From assembly GCA_963813135.1 (NCBI GenBank), contig CAWEXY010000022.1:1-64000 (forward strand): a stretch of DNA of 64,000 bases, given 5' to 3'. The notes under the pieces are model-generated. The model saw nothing but the letters and a program-made list of their open reading frames with translations, was not told where the DNA came from and searched no databases. This document shows positions 40,599 to 53,051 of this stretch, piece by piece. The translations under genes were made by a program, and so were the position numbers. Position 1 is the first letter of the stretch; each line of letters starts with the position of its first letter. The stretch comes from an uncultured Verrucomicrobiae bacterium (GTDB taxonomy: Bacteria > Chlamydiota > Chlamydiia > Chlamydiales > Rhabdochlamydiaceae).

Positions 40599-41807
40599 CT
40601 AGCGGGACTGCAGAAGCTCAGGAGTTGCCAGATTATTTTGGATCAGCATTTCAACGACTTGGGGGCTGGCGCGGTTAAACATCAGCTGCCGCTCCACATG
40701 CCCTGTCTTGGAATACGGCTCTAAAAGGCCTGGGGCAATTCCCAGCTCTAGCAAACGCTCCCATAAAAACTCTTTGCGAGTGCCCGGCGCAAACTTTTGG
40801 ACGCCACCGGTCTGCTCGATGCACGTAGCGAGCGGCGCGAGCGACGTATCATCCGTCGGATGCACGAAGAGCACCATGGAGAACCGGTCCTTGCCCGGCT
40901 CTTGCGCGAGCACGCGATGCTTGGCGCTGACAAAGAGGCCGTTCGTGAGATTTTTAAGCATGTCTCCCACATTCACGACGAAAGCATCCTCGGGGACCAC
41001 AACCGTCATCCATTGTCCATTCACCTCGACTTGAAGGCCCTTTTCTGTCGCAAAGGGCAAAATGGCGAGCAAATCGATATCGGTATGCTCAGCGGCCCAT
41101 AGAAGCGGCTGCTCAAGATTATTGATTTGTTCGGCCGTCAGCTTAGGATAATAGAGCGCACGGAGCAAAGTATTTCCATTCTGCGTCGTTTCATGGAAAA
41201 AGTTCGCAGCGATAGGCTCTTTCGCATGGAGGTTAATGACGCCGATGACCGCTTCATTGAGAGGGACGACATAGCGGCTCAGTTCATCGTATAAAGCCGT
41301 CATCGCATCTTTGAACTCAGACCCTTCTGGCCAAATATTTTTAGCGATGTCCAGCTCGATGTGTTTTTCATCCGAAAGCTCGCGTCCGATGTGATAGAAC
41401 TCTTTGTAGTCCTTCGCGCGATATCCTTTGGCCGTCTCGCCGGCAACAAAGCCCCTCTGTCCCCCAACTTCCTGTTTAAAGGACTGCATCTTCGCATCGA
41501 GATCTTGACGGAAGAACTTTTCCGCCTCGGCGTATCCCCGCTTGACGACCGCCGCATCGACGCCCGTATTTCTGACGGCAAAGAACCCGATCGTGGTCAT
41601 CGCATCATAGAGCGTCTGCAAAAATTGCTGCCTCTTGGCCGGGTCGTAGAAATCCTGCATATCGACAACAGGAATCGCGATATCGAGCTGAGAGCTCATG
41701 GTATATTCGCCTACAGGCGTTTTGATGAGATCCATCGAGGAGACGTTCATCACTCTTTCTTCAACAACGTTAGCGTGGTCATTCGTGTTCATATCCATGG
41801 GTACCAT
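40599..41807 (-). CDS. 2-oxoglutarate/Fe(II) oxygenase (IPNS-like)
   Basis: IPVVDM..GFF, HTD, NVGDML..LTNG...SAKHRV and RFSMVLF. Confidence 0.92.
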   Translation of the reverse strand: MVPMDMNTNDHANVVEERVMNVSSMDLIKTPVGEYTMSSQLDIAIPVVDMQDFYDPAKRQQFLQTLYDAMTTIGFFAVRNTGVDAAVVKRGYAEAEKFFRQDLDAKMQSFKQEVGGQRGFVAGETAKGYRAKDYKEFYHIGRELSDEKHIELDIAKNIWPEGSEFKDAMTALYDELSRYVVPLNEAVIGVINLHAKEPIAANFFHETTQNGNTLLRALYYPKLTAEQINNLEQPLLWAAEHTDIDLLAILPFATEKGLQVEVNGQWMTVVVPEDAFVVNVGDMLKNLTNGLFVSAKHRVLAQEPGKDRFSMVLFVHPTDDTSLAPLATCIEQTGGVQKFAPGTRKEFLWERLLELGIAPGLLEPYSKTGHVERQLMFNRASPQVVEMLIQNNLATPELLQSR

Positions 41808-41873
41808 CGGCCGCTCCTTTGTTAAGCCATAAAAAAAAGCTACCCCTAAAAACTATTTTTCTCAACCATTACC

Positions 41874-43043
41874 TCAAAAGCCTTTGAGCATCTCTTGATG
41901 GAGCAAAGGAAGAGCAACGCGCAGCTGCTGCTGAACATCGGCCCAGGTTTCCGAATCAATGCCTAGATAATACGGCGGCTTGCAAATGTCTTTGTGTTTT
42001 TGTATGAACGTCCCTTCGTCTGCCAGAGCATAAGCCGGCGTTTTCCAATATCCCCCTAAGAAATGGACTTTATACTCCCCTTTCTCATGGATGAGCATGA
42101 AGGCCACCCTCATTGTGGGGTGGTAGATTTTATTTCCTAGGTGGGGCGCATAGACCAGGTCCGACATCACGAACTCTTCCACAATAAAGGAATTAAAACG
42201 GTCCTGAGCCCAATATCGGAAGGCCGAGTCGGGGTCGTTTTTGGCTGCCTCGCTGGGATTGATGATATATTCGAGCGCATGATCCAGCTGATCTTTTTCA
42301 ACGATCGCCACGCCATTGCCCATGAAGGCCCCGCGCGGTTTGATCACAAACGCATCGCATTTCAAATCATTGATGATTTGCGCGGCCAGATTCTTCGTAT
42401 ATTCCTTTTTATAGAGCCCCCACTTGGGCTTGTATTTCGATAACGCGGGGTTGCGCCCAAAAAGCGCCGTCATTTTGTATTTGTCGACCCAAAAAGGAAA
42501 AGTCCCCCTATCGACGACAACAACGCCAGGACACCGTTCTGCCAGCTCTTCATCTGCTTTTAACAAGGTGGCATTCACAAAAAGAAAGCCATGATAGGCC
42601 GAGAGATCTTCTTTATCAGCAACAGTCTTTTTAGATTCGGCGAAAAATTCAGGATCGTAAAAGATTTCTTCCAACGAGTTTTTTTTCCGCCAATAATACG
42701 CTTGGTCCAAGACCCATTTCAATCCGGGATCCGCGATATGTTGGATGATTGTCCATCCTCTGGGAGAATAATGCGATAGCACTTTGAAAAATTCTTGTTG
42801 GATCGAAATATCTCCAGGGTTGATGAAGCCGGTCCCTGAAAATACCGAGAGAATGCCGTTTTGGATTTCGCAGATCTTGATTTCCCTCTGCCGAGAGTAT
42901 TTCAGGTCGGCTACTAAAAACGAGATGTCGACTGGATGCTCTTGGGCAGGCAGTTGTGCACAAGAAAGGATTCCAACTCCAATCGAGACACACCAATTTC
43001 TAACTTGCTGAACTAACATACATTTCCCTCCTACGATGCGCAT
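41874..43043 (-). CDS. ATP-grasp-like protein with signal-like N-terminus
   Basis: DKYKM, FVIKPRGAFMGNGV and FIVEEFV. Confidence 0.6.
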   Translation of the reverse strand: MRIVGGKCMLVQQVRNWCVSIGVGILSCAQLPAQEHPVDISFLVADLKYSRQREIKICEIQNGILSVFSGTGFINPGDISIQQEFFKVLSHYSPRGWTIIQHIADPGLKWVLDQAYYWRKKNSLEEIFYDPEFFAESKKTVADKEDLSAYHGFLFVNATLLKADEELAERCPGVVVVDRGTFPFWVDKYKMTALFGRNPALSKYKPKWGLYKKEYTKNLAAQIINDLKCDAFVIKPRGAFMGNGVAIVEKDQLDHALEYIINPSEAAKNDPDSAFRYWAQDRFNSFIVEEFVMSDLVYAPHLGNKIYHPTMRVAFMLIHEKGEYKVHFLGGYWKTPAYALADEGTFIQKHKDICKPPYYLGIDSETWADVQQQLRVALPLLHQEMLKGF

Positions 43044-43102
43044 AGGTTCAAGATAGTATGTCCAAAAATTTTATTCCTAAAAGAATCTTGTAAAAAGCAG
43101 CA

Positions 43103-45652
43103 TCAAAAGTTCCAATTCACGCTAAGAGCTACCGAATGAGATTGATACTTGGAGCCGAACTCTCCTTGGTAGCCGATCGATCCCCACGGATACTGGGGCG
43201 ATTTAGGCTCAAAGATCATCTCGAACTCGGCAACGCCGAGGTTCTGCGTCGTCGAAAGGGTCTCGACGCTGAACGAGCCGGAGCTCCCACGATGAACGCA
43301 TTGACGGTCCCCACTTTGAACGGCTTTTTGTTCACATAGCTGAGCTTTTCTTCGAAGCTCAGGCGCCAATTTGCGAAGGTTACCGCCTCGTAGAAGCGGA
43401 CGCCCGCTTCTGAGCGCAGGAAAGAAGAGAAATGTTTTTTTTGCCCCATGTTGAACGGACCGCTGCCTTTCTCTTTATAGCGGTTTTGCCAGTTGCAGAT
43501 CCAATCGAGCATGACGAAGGGCTCATAGGTCACCATTTGATTTTGGGAATTAAAGTCATAGCCGATCTCAAAATGAGGGGCGAGCTGCCCTCCCTTGGGA
43601 TGGGACTTAGACGTGAACTCAAATCCTGTCATGCGGACATGGCGGACGCTGTCGGTCTGGAAAAGGCCGCCCCAGAGGGCAGCATCGAAATAAAGCTTGG
43701 TGTTATCCCATAAAGCGTAAAGAAAGAGGTATTCTTGGTTAATGTTGATATGCCCGGCGTCCCTCTTTTCATGGATATGGGTATAAGCATAAGCAGCGCC
43801 TGTCCCGACCCGAGTATGCACGCCGGCCTTAGCATCGAAAGCAAGGACGGCAGCTCCCGTCGTTGGATTAAAAGCAGGGGCTTGGTGCTCCGCCTTTTGG
43901 TAAGCTAAGGAGCCTAAGTACATCTATCCAAATTTCGTAAGGGCGCTCTTTAGGAGGAGGTGTTGCCTGTACGACTTCCGGTGGTGTTTCTTGTTTGACT
44001 TCCGGAGATGCGGGTATTTCTGATATTGCCTCTTTTTCTTTCAATCTTGTTCTCGGCTTGCCCCATGCGATGGAGTTTGTATTAGAGGCCACGCAGATGT
44101 CTAATTGTGGAGATGAGCGGGCTATTTTATTTTCATTTTGGCTCATCGAAGTGTGGCGGCGGAAATTTCTGGCGTCTCTTCCATGATGCGAAAGCCGAGA
44201 CGCTAATTGAAAGAAGGTATTATCGGCGGTAAAAACGGCAAAGGCGTTGCGCATGGGAGCGACGCTCTTCAAGGCGTTCACGAGAGTCCCATCGAGAACA
44301 GACGGCACAAAATAGTAGGCTAGCTCTGGAGTATATTGGTTGATATAGTTGGCCACTTTGCGAATGTTGCCCGTAAGCCCGGAGGTGGGCACATTGGCGA
44401 GGAGATAAGCATTGACAGCGACGGTGGTAATGAATCCATTTCCCGGAAGTGGGGAAAGGGCGACGAGCTGACCCGAGGGAGTAACAAGATAAGCAATAGG
44501 AGCATGCGTAGTGATATCATGCCCCCCGATTAGCCCTGCGCCGAATTCATTGATCGCCACGCTGAAGATTTTCGCATTTGTGAAGGAAGGGGCTTCCAAA
44601 TTAGTCAGAGCGCCCGACGGCGAGACGAGGTAAGCGAAGGCGTTGCTCGCATGATCCTCTCCGCCGATAATACCTTGCCCAAAATCATTGATCGCCACTG
44701 AGAGAACTATTCCATGTTGTGTAGGCAAAGAAGCTCCCGAAGTCGGAAGCTCCGTGAGGGTCCCCGAGGGCGAGACTAGGTAGGCGATAGGAACATGGGC
44801 AGCCGTGTTCCCTCCCCCGATAATACTCTGCCCGGAGTTATTGATCGCCACGCTGCTAATGCCAGAAAGGACTCCTAAATTAGGCAGCTCAGTAAGAGCG
44901 CCAGACGGCGAGACGAGATAGGCGATGGGGTTGTCATTCACTAAATTTTCTCCGCCGATGATACCTTGCCCAGAGTCATTGATCGCTGCGCTGAAAAGGA
45001 CTCCAGATGGGGGTAAAGAGGATCCCGAAGTAGGAAGCTCTGTAAGAGCGCCCGACGGCGCGACGAGGTAGGCGATGGGAGGGGCGCCACCCGACCCATT
45101 ACGTCCGACGATAATACCCTGCTCGGAATTGTTGATCGCCACGCTTCGGATTCTTCCCGTTGCGGGTAGAGAGGCTCCCGAAGCAGGAAGCTCTGTAAGA
45201 GCGCCCGACGGCGCGACGAGGTAGGCGATGGGAGGGGCGCCGCCCACAAAACTCTCTCCGCCGATAATACCATGTTCGGAATTGTTGATGGCCACGGTAA
45301 AGATTTCCCCAAATGCCGGGAAAGAGGCCCCCGAGGTAGGAACCTCCGTGAGAGCGCCCGACGGCGAGACGAGATAGGCGATGGGGGAGCCCCCCACAAA
45401 ACTCTCTCCGCCGATAAGGCCCTGCTCGGAATTGTTGATCGCGGCGCCAAAAATTTCCCCTATTGCGGGCAAAGAGGCTTCCGAAATAGGAGTGAGGGCT
45501 CCTGAGCCTGAAATGAGGGCGCCATAAGGGGCGGGTCCGGCGACTTCTCCGCCGATAATGCCTGCCGTAGGAGCAGCGTAGGCGACATTAGCCAGGGCCA
45601 GTGAATAATAGACCAGCGAACTTTTTTTCCAATCGCTAAGAAAGCTTTTCAT
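43103..45652 (-). CDS. Autotransporter with 8 tandem passenger repeats, frameshifted near 43900 and 43280
   Basis: Signal peptide; 8 copies of GIIGG..PIAYLVSPSG.LT..VAIN; barrel in ORFs 43216-43923 and 43103-43369 ending VNWNF. Confidence 0.85.
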
Positions 45653-45726
45653 AGATCTCTCTTTTAAAACGAGCTGTAACTTGGGCAGCTTTTATTGTCA
45701 AGAAGTGGCACCTGGCCCGATAAGAG

Positions 45727-47402
45727 TCAATAATTGACGACGAGGGCGAAATGCAGCCGTTGTTCCTTTTTATGCTCGCCGACTTTGATGAGAGGAAACG
45801 CCCAATCGATGCGGGCCGTTAAAAAGTTGCCAATGATGTACCGGGCGCCGGGGCCGACGCCGAGAAGGGGCTGCCATTTGCCCTTTCCTTCAACGGGTTG
45901 ATGATCTTTGCCCAGGCCGTAATCGACGAACCCTAAGAAGGTGAGATCATCGTGGATTTTGCGCGAGGCATGATGAAGGATCGAAAAAGAAGGTATGCGC
46001 AATTCACCGTTGAGGCAAACGGCATTGTCTCGATTAACGAGCCGTTCTTGATACCCTCGCACGGTATTAAAGCCGCCTAGGCCAAATTGTTCGGAAGGAA
46101 GAAGGTTCTTCGAGGAGGCTTGCCCGCGTGCTTGTATGTCTAAAGCTGCCATCGGCGGTACTTGTATATATCTTCGAAGCTTACACGCCCAAAGACGTAA
46201 TTGGGGTGGGCATCGGCCCGCAATCTTTGGTAGTCTTTTGTCGTTTGATGGGGCAAGACGTGACCGGGGGACCAGAAAATTTCGGCATCGAAGCCTACTT
46301 TGTTGGAAAATCTTTTGCCGGCTGTTTCATAGGCGAGATGATACTGGCCCATGGCTTGACCGATAACAGCGTCGCCCGAAGCATTGCCGATGAAGGTGCT
46401 GCCGAATATCAGTTCGTTGTTGGTCCATTTATAATCAAAGCCCAGAGTCCAATCTTGGACGAGTTGATTGTAGGTAGGCCCTGCAGGGAAGGTATAGCGG
46501 AAGCTCCCTTGGGCCGATTTTCCGTGGTTTTTAAAAGGGCGCAGGTCGGGATGGACCGAGGAATAGCCGCCATAAATGTTGATGATATTGCGCCACGGGA
46601 GAGGGACGACATAGTTGATGGTGTGGGCTTGGAATTTATAAAAATCTTCCGAAGCGGTGTATTGATAGGTGAAGATTTGGTCGGCGCCGAAAACATTGGC
46701 CCAGTTAAACCCGGCATAGTAGCGCATCAGGCCTGTATAGCTGTTTCCTGTGTTGTCTCCGCCGGCAAAGAGTCTAAAAGAGCGGCGGTCTTTTGTGACC
46801 AGCCGGATATCGGTAGTCCCCGATTCTTTCCCCGGAGTAAGGATAATGTCGGTATGATGGAAGGGGTTGCGGTTCATCCAGTTGACATCGGAGAACAAAA
46901 TCGTCGAATCGATAGACTCGCCTTTTTTGAGGCGGAAGTTTTTTTCAAACAGAGAAGTGGGGAAATGTTTATTGCCGCTGTATTCAACCTCGCCCAGCTT
47001 GCTTTCGACAATGACCAGCTGTAAAAGGCCTTCGGAGAAATTTTGCTGGGGAGCAATGACCATCATCACAGGATGGTTCTGGTTGCGATAATACCGGATG
47101 ACGGTTTGCTTGATTTGGGATAAGTTCTCCAGCGTCAGGGGCACGCCGTATGCTATGTATTCTTCGAGGCCGCGGCGAAGGCCTTCTTCGCCTCCAGGGA
47201 TCTCGATATCAACAAACTGGACGCCCGGCTCTTTAGGCGGTTTCAGCACCATATCTCTTTGATGGCTCATGATGCGGATGTTTTGAAGCGAAGGGGCGAT
47301 CTGCTCGTACTTGGGCTTTTGGGCGTCCAAGGCTCCATCTAGAGACATCTCTCCATGGAGCGCGGAGAATGCTACAAGAGAAGCAAAATAATACAACTTC
47401 AT
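45727..47402 (-). CDS. TpsB (ShlB/FhaC/HecB) transporter, one frameshift near 46150
   Basis: POTRA-like region, DNTGN..TG, SEQFGLGGFNTVRGY and FVDYG. Confidence 0.9.
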
Positions 47403-50400
47403 TCGTAGCCTTCTAAGTAAAGTTGGGTCTCTTGATAGAGTCCATAGCGGTCCATGAGAAAATAATCAATATTTTTAACAGCGGCAGGATGTTTGTAGCA
47501 GCTGGAGATGTCGTAGATCGATTTCACATATTTATTTTTCTTGCCTTCGTAGCACTCTCTGTATGATTTGAGCCATAAGTACTCATCAAAATGCCGCAAA
47601 TTAAAGGACATTTCGGCAGAAACAAATGCGAGCGATGCGAGTTCGCTTGAGGTGTTTACAGGAGCCGGCCCTCCAATCTTATAGAAGATCGTATAGGGAA
47701 CCCCAAAGCCTCCGATGAAGGTATTATAGAATGTCGAGTATTGCTCTGTCGGAGAAGGATTCCCTCCCGTCGCAGGATCGACAATGCCGTTGAGCGATCC
47801 TTGGACGATATTTTGGCTAGGCCGCGCCGTAAAGATGCGCAAAAGCCCTCCGCTGGTGAGCAGGGACGCAGACGGATCGAGGACAAAGCGCCCTGTCCCG
47901 ATATTCGGGGGCGTGGGAGGGTTTTGATCGGCAACGAGCGTTATATTGCCTGTTCCCGTATTTGAGATCCGAGCATTTTCCCTAACAAGGACATCAAAAT
48001 TGGCGGTAGCAAGAATATTTCCGGCGCTTGTGGTAATGCTTGTTTGCTGTCCCGGGGCAAAGCCGCCCAGCAGGATATTTTGACCGCTCGTAATATTGAT
48101 GCTTCCTTGGTTGGTTATCATAGCGCTGCCCCCTTCGGTAGAGAGCATATGAAAGTTCCCGCCCGTCGTGATATTCATCGTTCCCGTGGTGCCTTGGATA
48201 AAGCCATTCCCGTTGATCCCGCCCAGGATCGTAAGGGTCGATCCCGCCGTAACGGTTGTCGTCCCGCTGCCGGTGTTATTGATGCCAGCGTTATCAGAAA
48301 TTAAGATATCGCCCAATGTCGTTACGACGGAGACTAAATCTGTCGTCCCATTGTAGATTACGGTAGAACCCGGATCGATGAGCAGGTCTTGATTTGCCAT
48401 GACGCTTAAAGGGCCGTTGCTTGTGACAGTCGCGCCGTTGATCAAGTTGATGCTTCCCCCTGACCCTCCGCTTCCTGTCGCCGTAAAGGTCAGCGCCCCA
48501 TGTCCTGAAGCGATAATAGATCCTCCATCTAGGTCGGCTGATAAGAGGGTTGTGATCGTGGTGGTCCCGCTGCCGGTGTTTTCAATGCTTGCATTGGGGC
48601 CGAGGAACAAAGCAGGTTCCGAGACACCTGGGACAAGGGTCAGATCTCCGGAGGTTGTCGAGATGGTAGCGAAACTTTGACCAAAACCATCGCTATTGTT
48701 TCCCATTAAATAACAGGAATTACCTGCTGTAATAAAGAGAGGCCCATTATTTATAATCTGAACGTTCGAGGCTACAAACTGAGCTGGGCCATTTGCAATT
48801 AAACTAAGCTCATCGGCGGTGATGGTCATCGCGCCGGTGTTTCCGGCAATTGATGTAACCACAGATAATAATGATGCATTAGCAAAACTTTGGAGTGAGA
48901 GGTTCCCGTTTGTCTGTAAATTAGTGGTCCCGCTGCCGGTGTTCAAAATCTGAGCATTGATAAGCGACAATTCCGTTCTCGCAGTAATAGACAGGTCGCC
49001 GGAAGATGCCGAGATAAAGGCGTTTGGCGTACCCCCGCTTACATACCCGCCATTTAAGGAAATTGTGCCTGAATTTATAGTTAACGGACCTCCATTAGTT
49101 ATGCTGGCAACAGAGGCAGAAGTAGAAGAGCCTGTCATAAATAGATTATTAGCAGCGCCGACAGAAAGGGAACTATTAGTGGTCCCGCTGATGGTAGCAC
49201 TGCCGGAAGTCCCGGAGGTGAGGAAAATGTCCCCGGTTGCCGTTACGGTAGTGGTCCCGCTGCCTATGTTGGAAACGATGGCGTTGTCGCTGAGCATCAA
49301 AGTGGTGACATTCAAGGAGAGGGCGCCGGCACTGGTCGAGATCGAAGCGGGATGAGAAGTGCTCCCTTGCAAGGAAGTAGTATGAGTGGAGCCGACGGTG
49401 AGAGGCCCTCCATTCGTAATGAGAGAGGATGCTTCGGGAGTGGATTGCACAAAAATGTTAGTAGCATTGACGGTCAGGAGGTCGGCGGTTCCCATGATTT
49501 GTCCGCTTCCACTAATTCCAGAGGTGAGAAAAAGGTCCCCGGTTGCCGTTACGGTAGTTGTCCCTGCTAAATTATTTTCGATGAGAGCGCTGTTTGAGAG
49601 ATTTATATCACTTGCAGAGGAAATGGTCATTGTCCCATTACCTGTAATAAAACCATCATTGAGCAGGCTTATGTTTCCCGCAGATAATGTTAAATCCCCA
49701 CCGCCAAAAATGAGGCCGGTAGATATTTCGAGGCCATTTGTGACAGTGATGTGAGTGAGCCCCGATCCGAAATTGAGGATTTCGGTTAAGACACTAGAGT
49801 CGGTAGATTCAAGATTAAGATCGCCGCCGATACTCATCGTAGCAGTACTTGTGGTGCCAGCGGTATTTATAATAGACTGTCCCTTGCCGCTCAGCATGGT
49901 GCAATTTTCTGTTGTGGTGATAGACACAGGAAACGATCCCGTAGCCGTTCCGTATCCATTGGTAATCATTGCAAATGATTGCATGCTTGTCGATGTTGCG
50001 GCATTCTCGATAAGGAGCTCGCCTGTGGAGAGAGTCAAAGGTGTCGCAAAGCTGCCGATATTCGTTTGATTTCCCACAGCTTGAGAAGCAAAAACACCCA
50101 GAAGCACGTCATAGGGATTCGAACCATAGGGAGCGCCGATGAGGCTGATGGATGTGGGCGCTGTGACGCTGAAAGTCGGGAATGTGTAGTTAACGGTCGA
50201 TCCTCCAGGCGCGACGATCCGGCTTCCGATGATCGCTTCGGACGCGGAATTCGCTTGGAGGTTGAGCGAGCTGCCGGTGGAGACAGAATAGGAAGAACAG
50301 CTGATCGTCATCACTCCGGCGCTGCTGAGGTAGGCGGTGGGGCCGATAGAGGCAAACGTCTGGTCGGCCGTTCCCCCCGTGAGAGAAATCGGGCCTGTGG

Positions 50401-53050
50401 AACTGACGGCTATGGTTCCCGTATAGCTGTCCGGCGCGGTAGTCGTGCGGCCGCCGTGTCCAATAAGGGCGAAGTTGCCGACGCCCGCCCCCCCATTGAG
50501 CGTGATCGATCCACCAACCCCGGTCATTGCGATGTTGCCTGTGTTGGTGGCGCCCGTATCTGTTCCGCGCAGGTGGCCGATTTGCGCAAAGGAATTCGTC
50601 GTGTTGCCCGGGCCCCCTTGCATAAACACATTGCCTCCTGGAGGAGGGCTGATCATAATGTTCCCTGAAAGAGTTCCAGAGTTGGACACGGCGCTGCCAT
50701 GGCCAATGGCCGCATAGCAGCCATTGCCTGTTCCGCCTTGGATGATAAGATTGTTTGTGTTGCCGCCTGTCGGGAAAGAGAGCGAGATATGGCTATTTGC
50801 GGTAGAGGCGGGGAAGCCTACTTGAGCACAAGCACCGGTGGCTTCTCCCCCCCCATGATTTGAACACTTCCAGTGGAACTGTTTAATGTTAAAGTTACAC
50901 TCCCGTTAAAAGAACCGACTGCGGCCTCTCCTTGTTGTGTTCCATCGCCAACGGCAATCGCTGTTGAAGAAGACAAGTTGATGGCTCCCGTAGAGAGATT
51001 TAATACTTGTCCAAGAACATTGACAGCTCCCGTTGCACTCACTATCAGGGGGCGAGCAGCTGCAATATTTATAGAGGGGGAAATGGGGCTGGAAGGATTG
51101 ATATTAATACTGCCGTTAGTTAACAGTTGAACAATTCCTAGGTTACCGCCCGCAGCTGTTTGATGAATGACCCCTGTAAGGTTGATATTTCCCGTATTGG
51201 CCGATATGCTTAGAGCAGAGTCGCTCGTCACCTGAATTAGTCCGTCAATATTCATGTTTCCGGAGCCAGCATTGGCGATATCGAAGCTGGAACCGGTTGT
51301 TGTGCTGAACGTTGCGCCCGAAGTTATGTCGAAATTGCCTACCCCTCCCTGGACGGAAAAAAGTGCAGGCTGTGAACTGTTGTACTCAACTTCTCCGTTG
51401 ATCTCAATACCGCTTTGGGCTTGTGTTCGGAATTGATGGGACTGTGTATTGGCATTGGTAATAATGAGACCGCCGTCAACGCGGAAAGATCCGACGGGAG
51501 AGCCAATTCCACCTGCCAGCCAATCGTTTATCGCATATGGCGCGGAGACAGTAATAGTGGTTTCTCCCGTAATAATGATGCTGCAAAAGGCCCTCAGTGT
51601 CAATGTTGTTTGTACGCCGGGATCATTCATCCAAGTAAAGCTATTAGCGAAAGAAATATTGCCCGCAGAGCCTCCATCGGCTCCTCAATTAGAAGTATCA
51701 ATTTCGACACTGCCGATCGCTAAATAAGCTAAAAGCCCCATTTGCGGCCCGGTAGTGTTAATCGGAAAATTAGCAATTTCGGCTCCCGAAGCAGGTTGCA
51801 CCGGATTGGGGTTGCTGATATCTAAAATCGGAGCGTTGCTGATTGTTACATCTGCTGGGTCGACGAACAATTTTCCCGGCTTGCCGTGGAAAGCTGCGAT
51901 CATCCCCATACCGCCCATACTTAAATCTTTACGCGTGGAGACTTCAAAGAATCCGCCATCTCCGGACTCTGCCCCGCCGCGGAGGGAAGCACATCCGTAG
52001 AATCCTATGGCATCTGTACCCCAAAGAATGATCTTCCCGCCATCGCCTCTGAGATGTCCATCGGCAAAGATTTTCGCATGGTTTTTCATGATCGTCCAAT
52101 CTGAATGGAGAATGGAGGGGTCTTTCCCTCCAAAATCTCCCCCGATCCGGACCATGCCTCCGCCTTTTAGGCCCCCAACGTCAATAGAGGAATCACTTTC
52201 TAAGTAGACAGTTTTTCCTAAAACTTCGACATGGCCTCCCGTACCGTCATTTCTGTGGGAGGCGATGCGGCCTTTATGCGTCGTTAGCCCGCCCGGCGCG
52301 CAGAGGGAAACGTCCCCGGGCTGCCCTCGATCCAGCCGTCGCTTTGGATCGCATAAGCATAAGGGTTGCCATCGGATTGAAGCTCCACTTGCATTGCGCG
52401 CAGCATCCCTTCTTGGGAGATACCCGTGCCATCTTTTTCGGAGGAAACGGCGGTTTGGATCCAGAGCCTTTTATTGCCTTGGGGCTGAAGAAGGACGGTT
52501 TTTGCGGCAGCGAGGCCGATCGTCCCTTGGGGCGCTTCGATCACTCCCGTATTTTCTACGCGGTAGCCGATCAAATGGACATCCCCGTCCCATGTCTGAA
52601 TAATGCCCTCCGAGACGACGGAGGTCTGCCGGTCGCCTGAAAGAGGAGGTCTTCTCCTTTGAGAAAGTCTTCATTGACGACATCGAGGGTGGAGGCCGTA
52701 AATCCGGCTGCATGCACATAGCCGCTTTTCCCGAGAATGATGCCTTCGGGGTTGATGAGGTAGATATGGCCATTGGAGGTCAGCCCTCCGTCGAGGCGGC
52801 TAGGAAGGGCCCCGGTAACTCGGTTCAGGACGGAAGCCCCCCGTATATCGGGAAGTTGGAAGTGGACGATCTCATCGGGGGAAATCGAAAAATCTTCCCA
52901 ATGCAAAATCGCTTTATCCGTCGCCGTCACCGCGAGGGTCTTGGCCCGAGAACTTTCAAACGAGGCTTCTCCAGAGATAACTTGGGGGCTGGTAGGATTG
53001 CTGCAGAGTGTCGCTGTCGTTATCGAAAAAAGCCAATAGTATTTCTTCAC
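47399..53050 (-). CDS. Large TpsA filamentous-haemagglutinin-like exoprotein, several frameshifts
   Basis: Haemagglutinin activity domain (WEDFSI, VLNRVTG, LINPEGI), GDGGKIILW..GGFFEVS, AQIGH repeats and a long Gly/Ser/Thr beta-helix. Confidence 0.85.
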
Positions 53051-53051
53051 A

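Noticed and set aside
46128..47024. 298-aa plus-strand ORF and the many similar antisense ORFs
   Set aside because: Shadow frames of well-supported genes on the opposite strand
47399..47640. CdiA toxin tip
   Set aside because: No VENN-like motif and no immunity ORF; TpsB follows immediately
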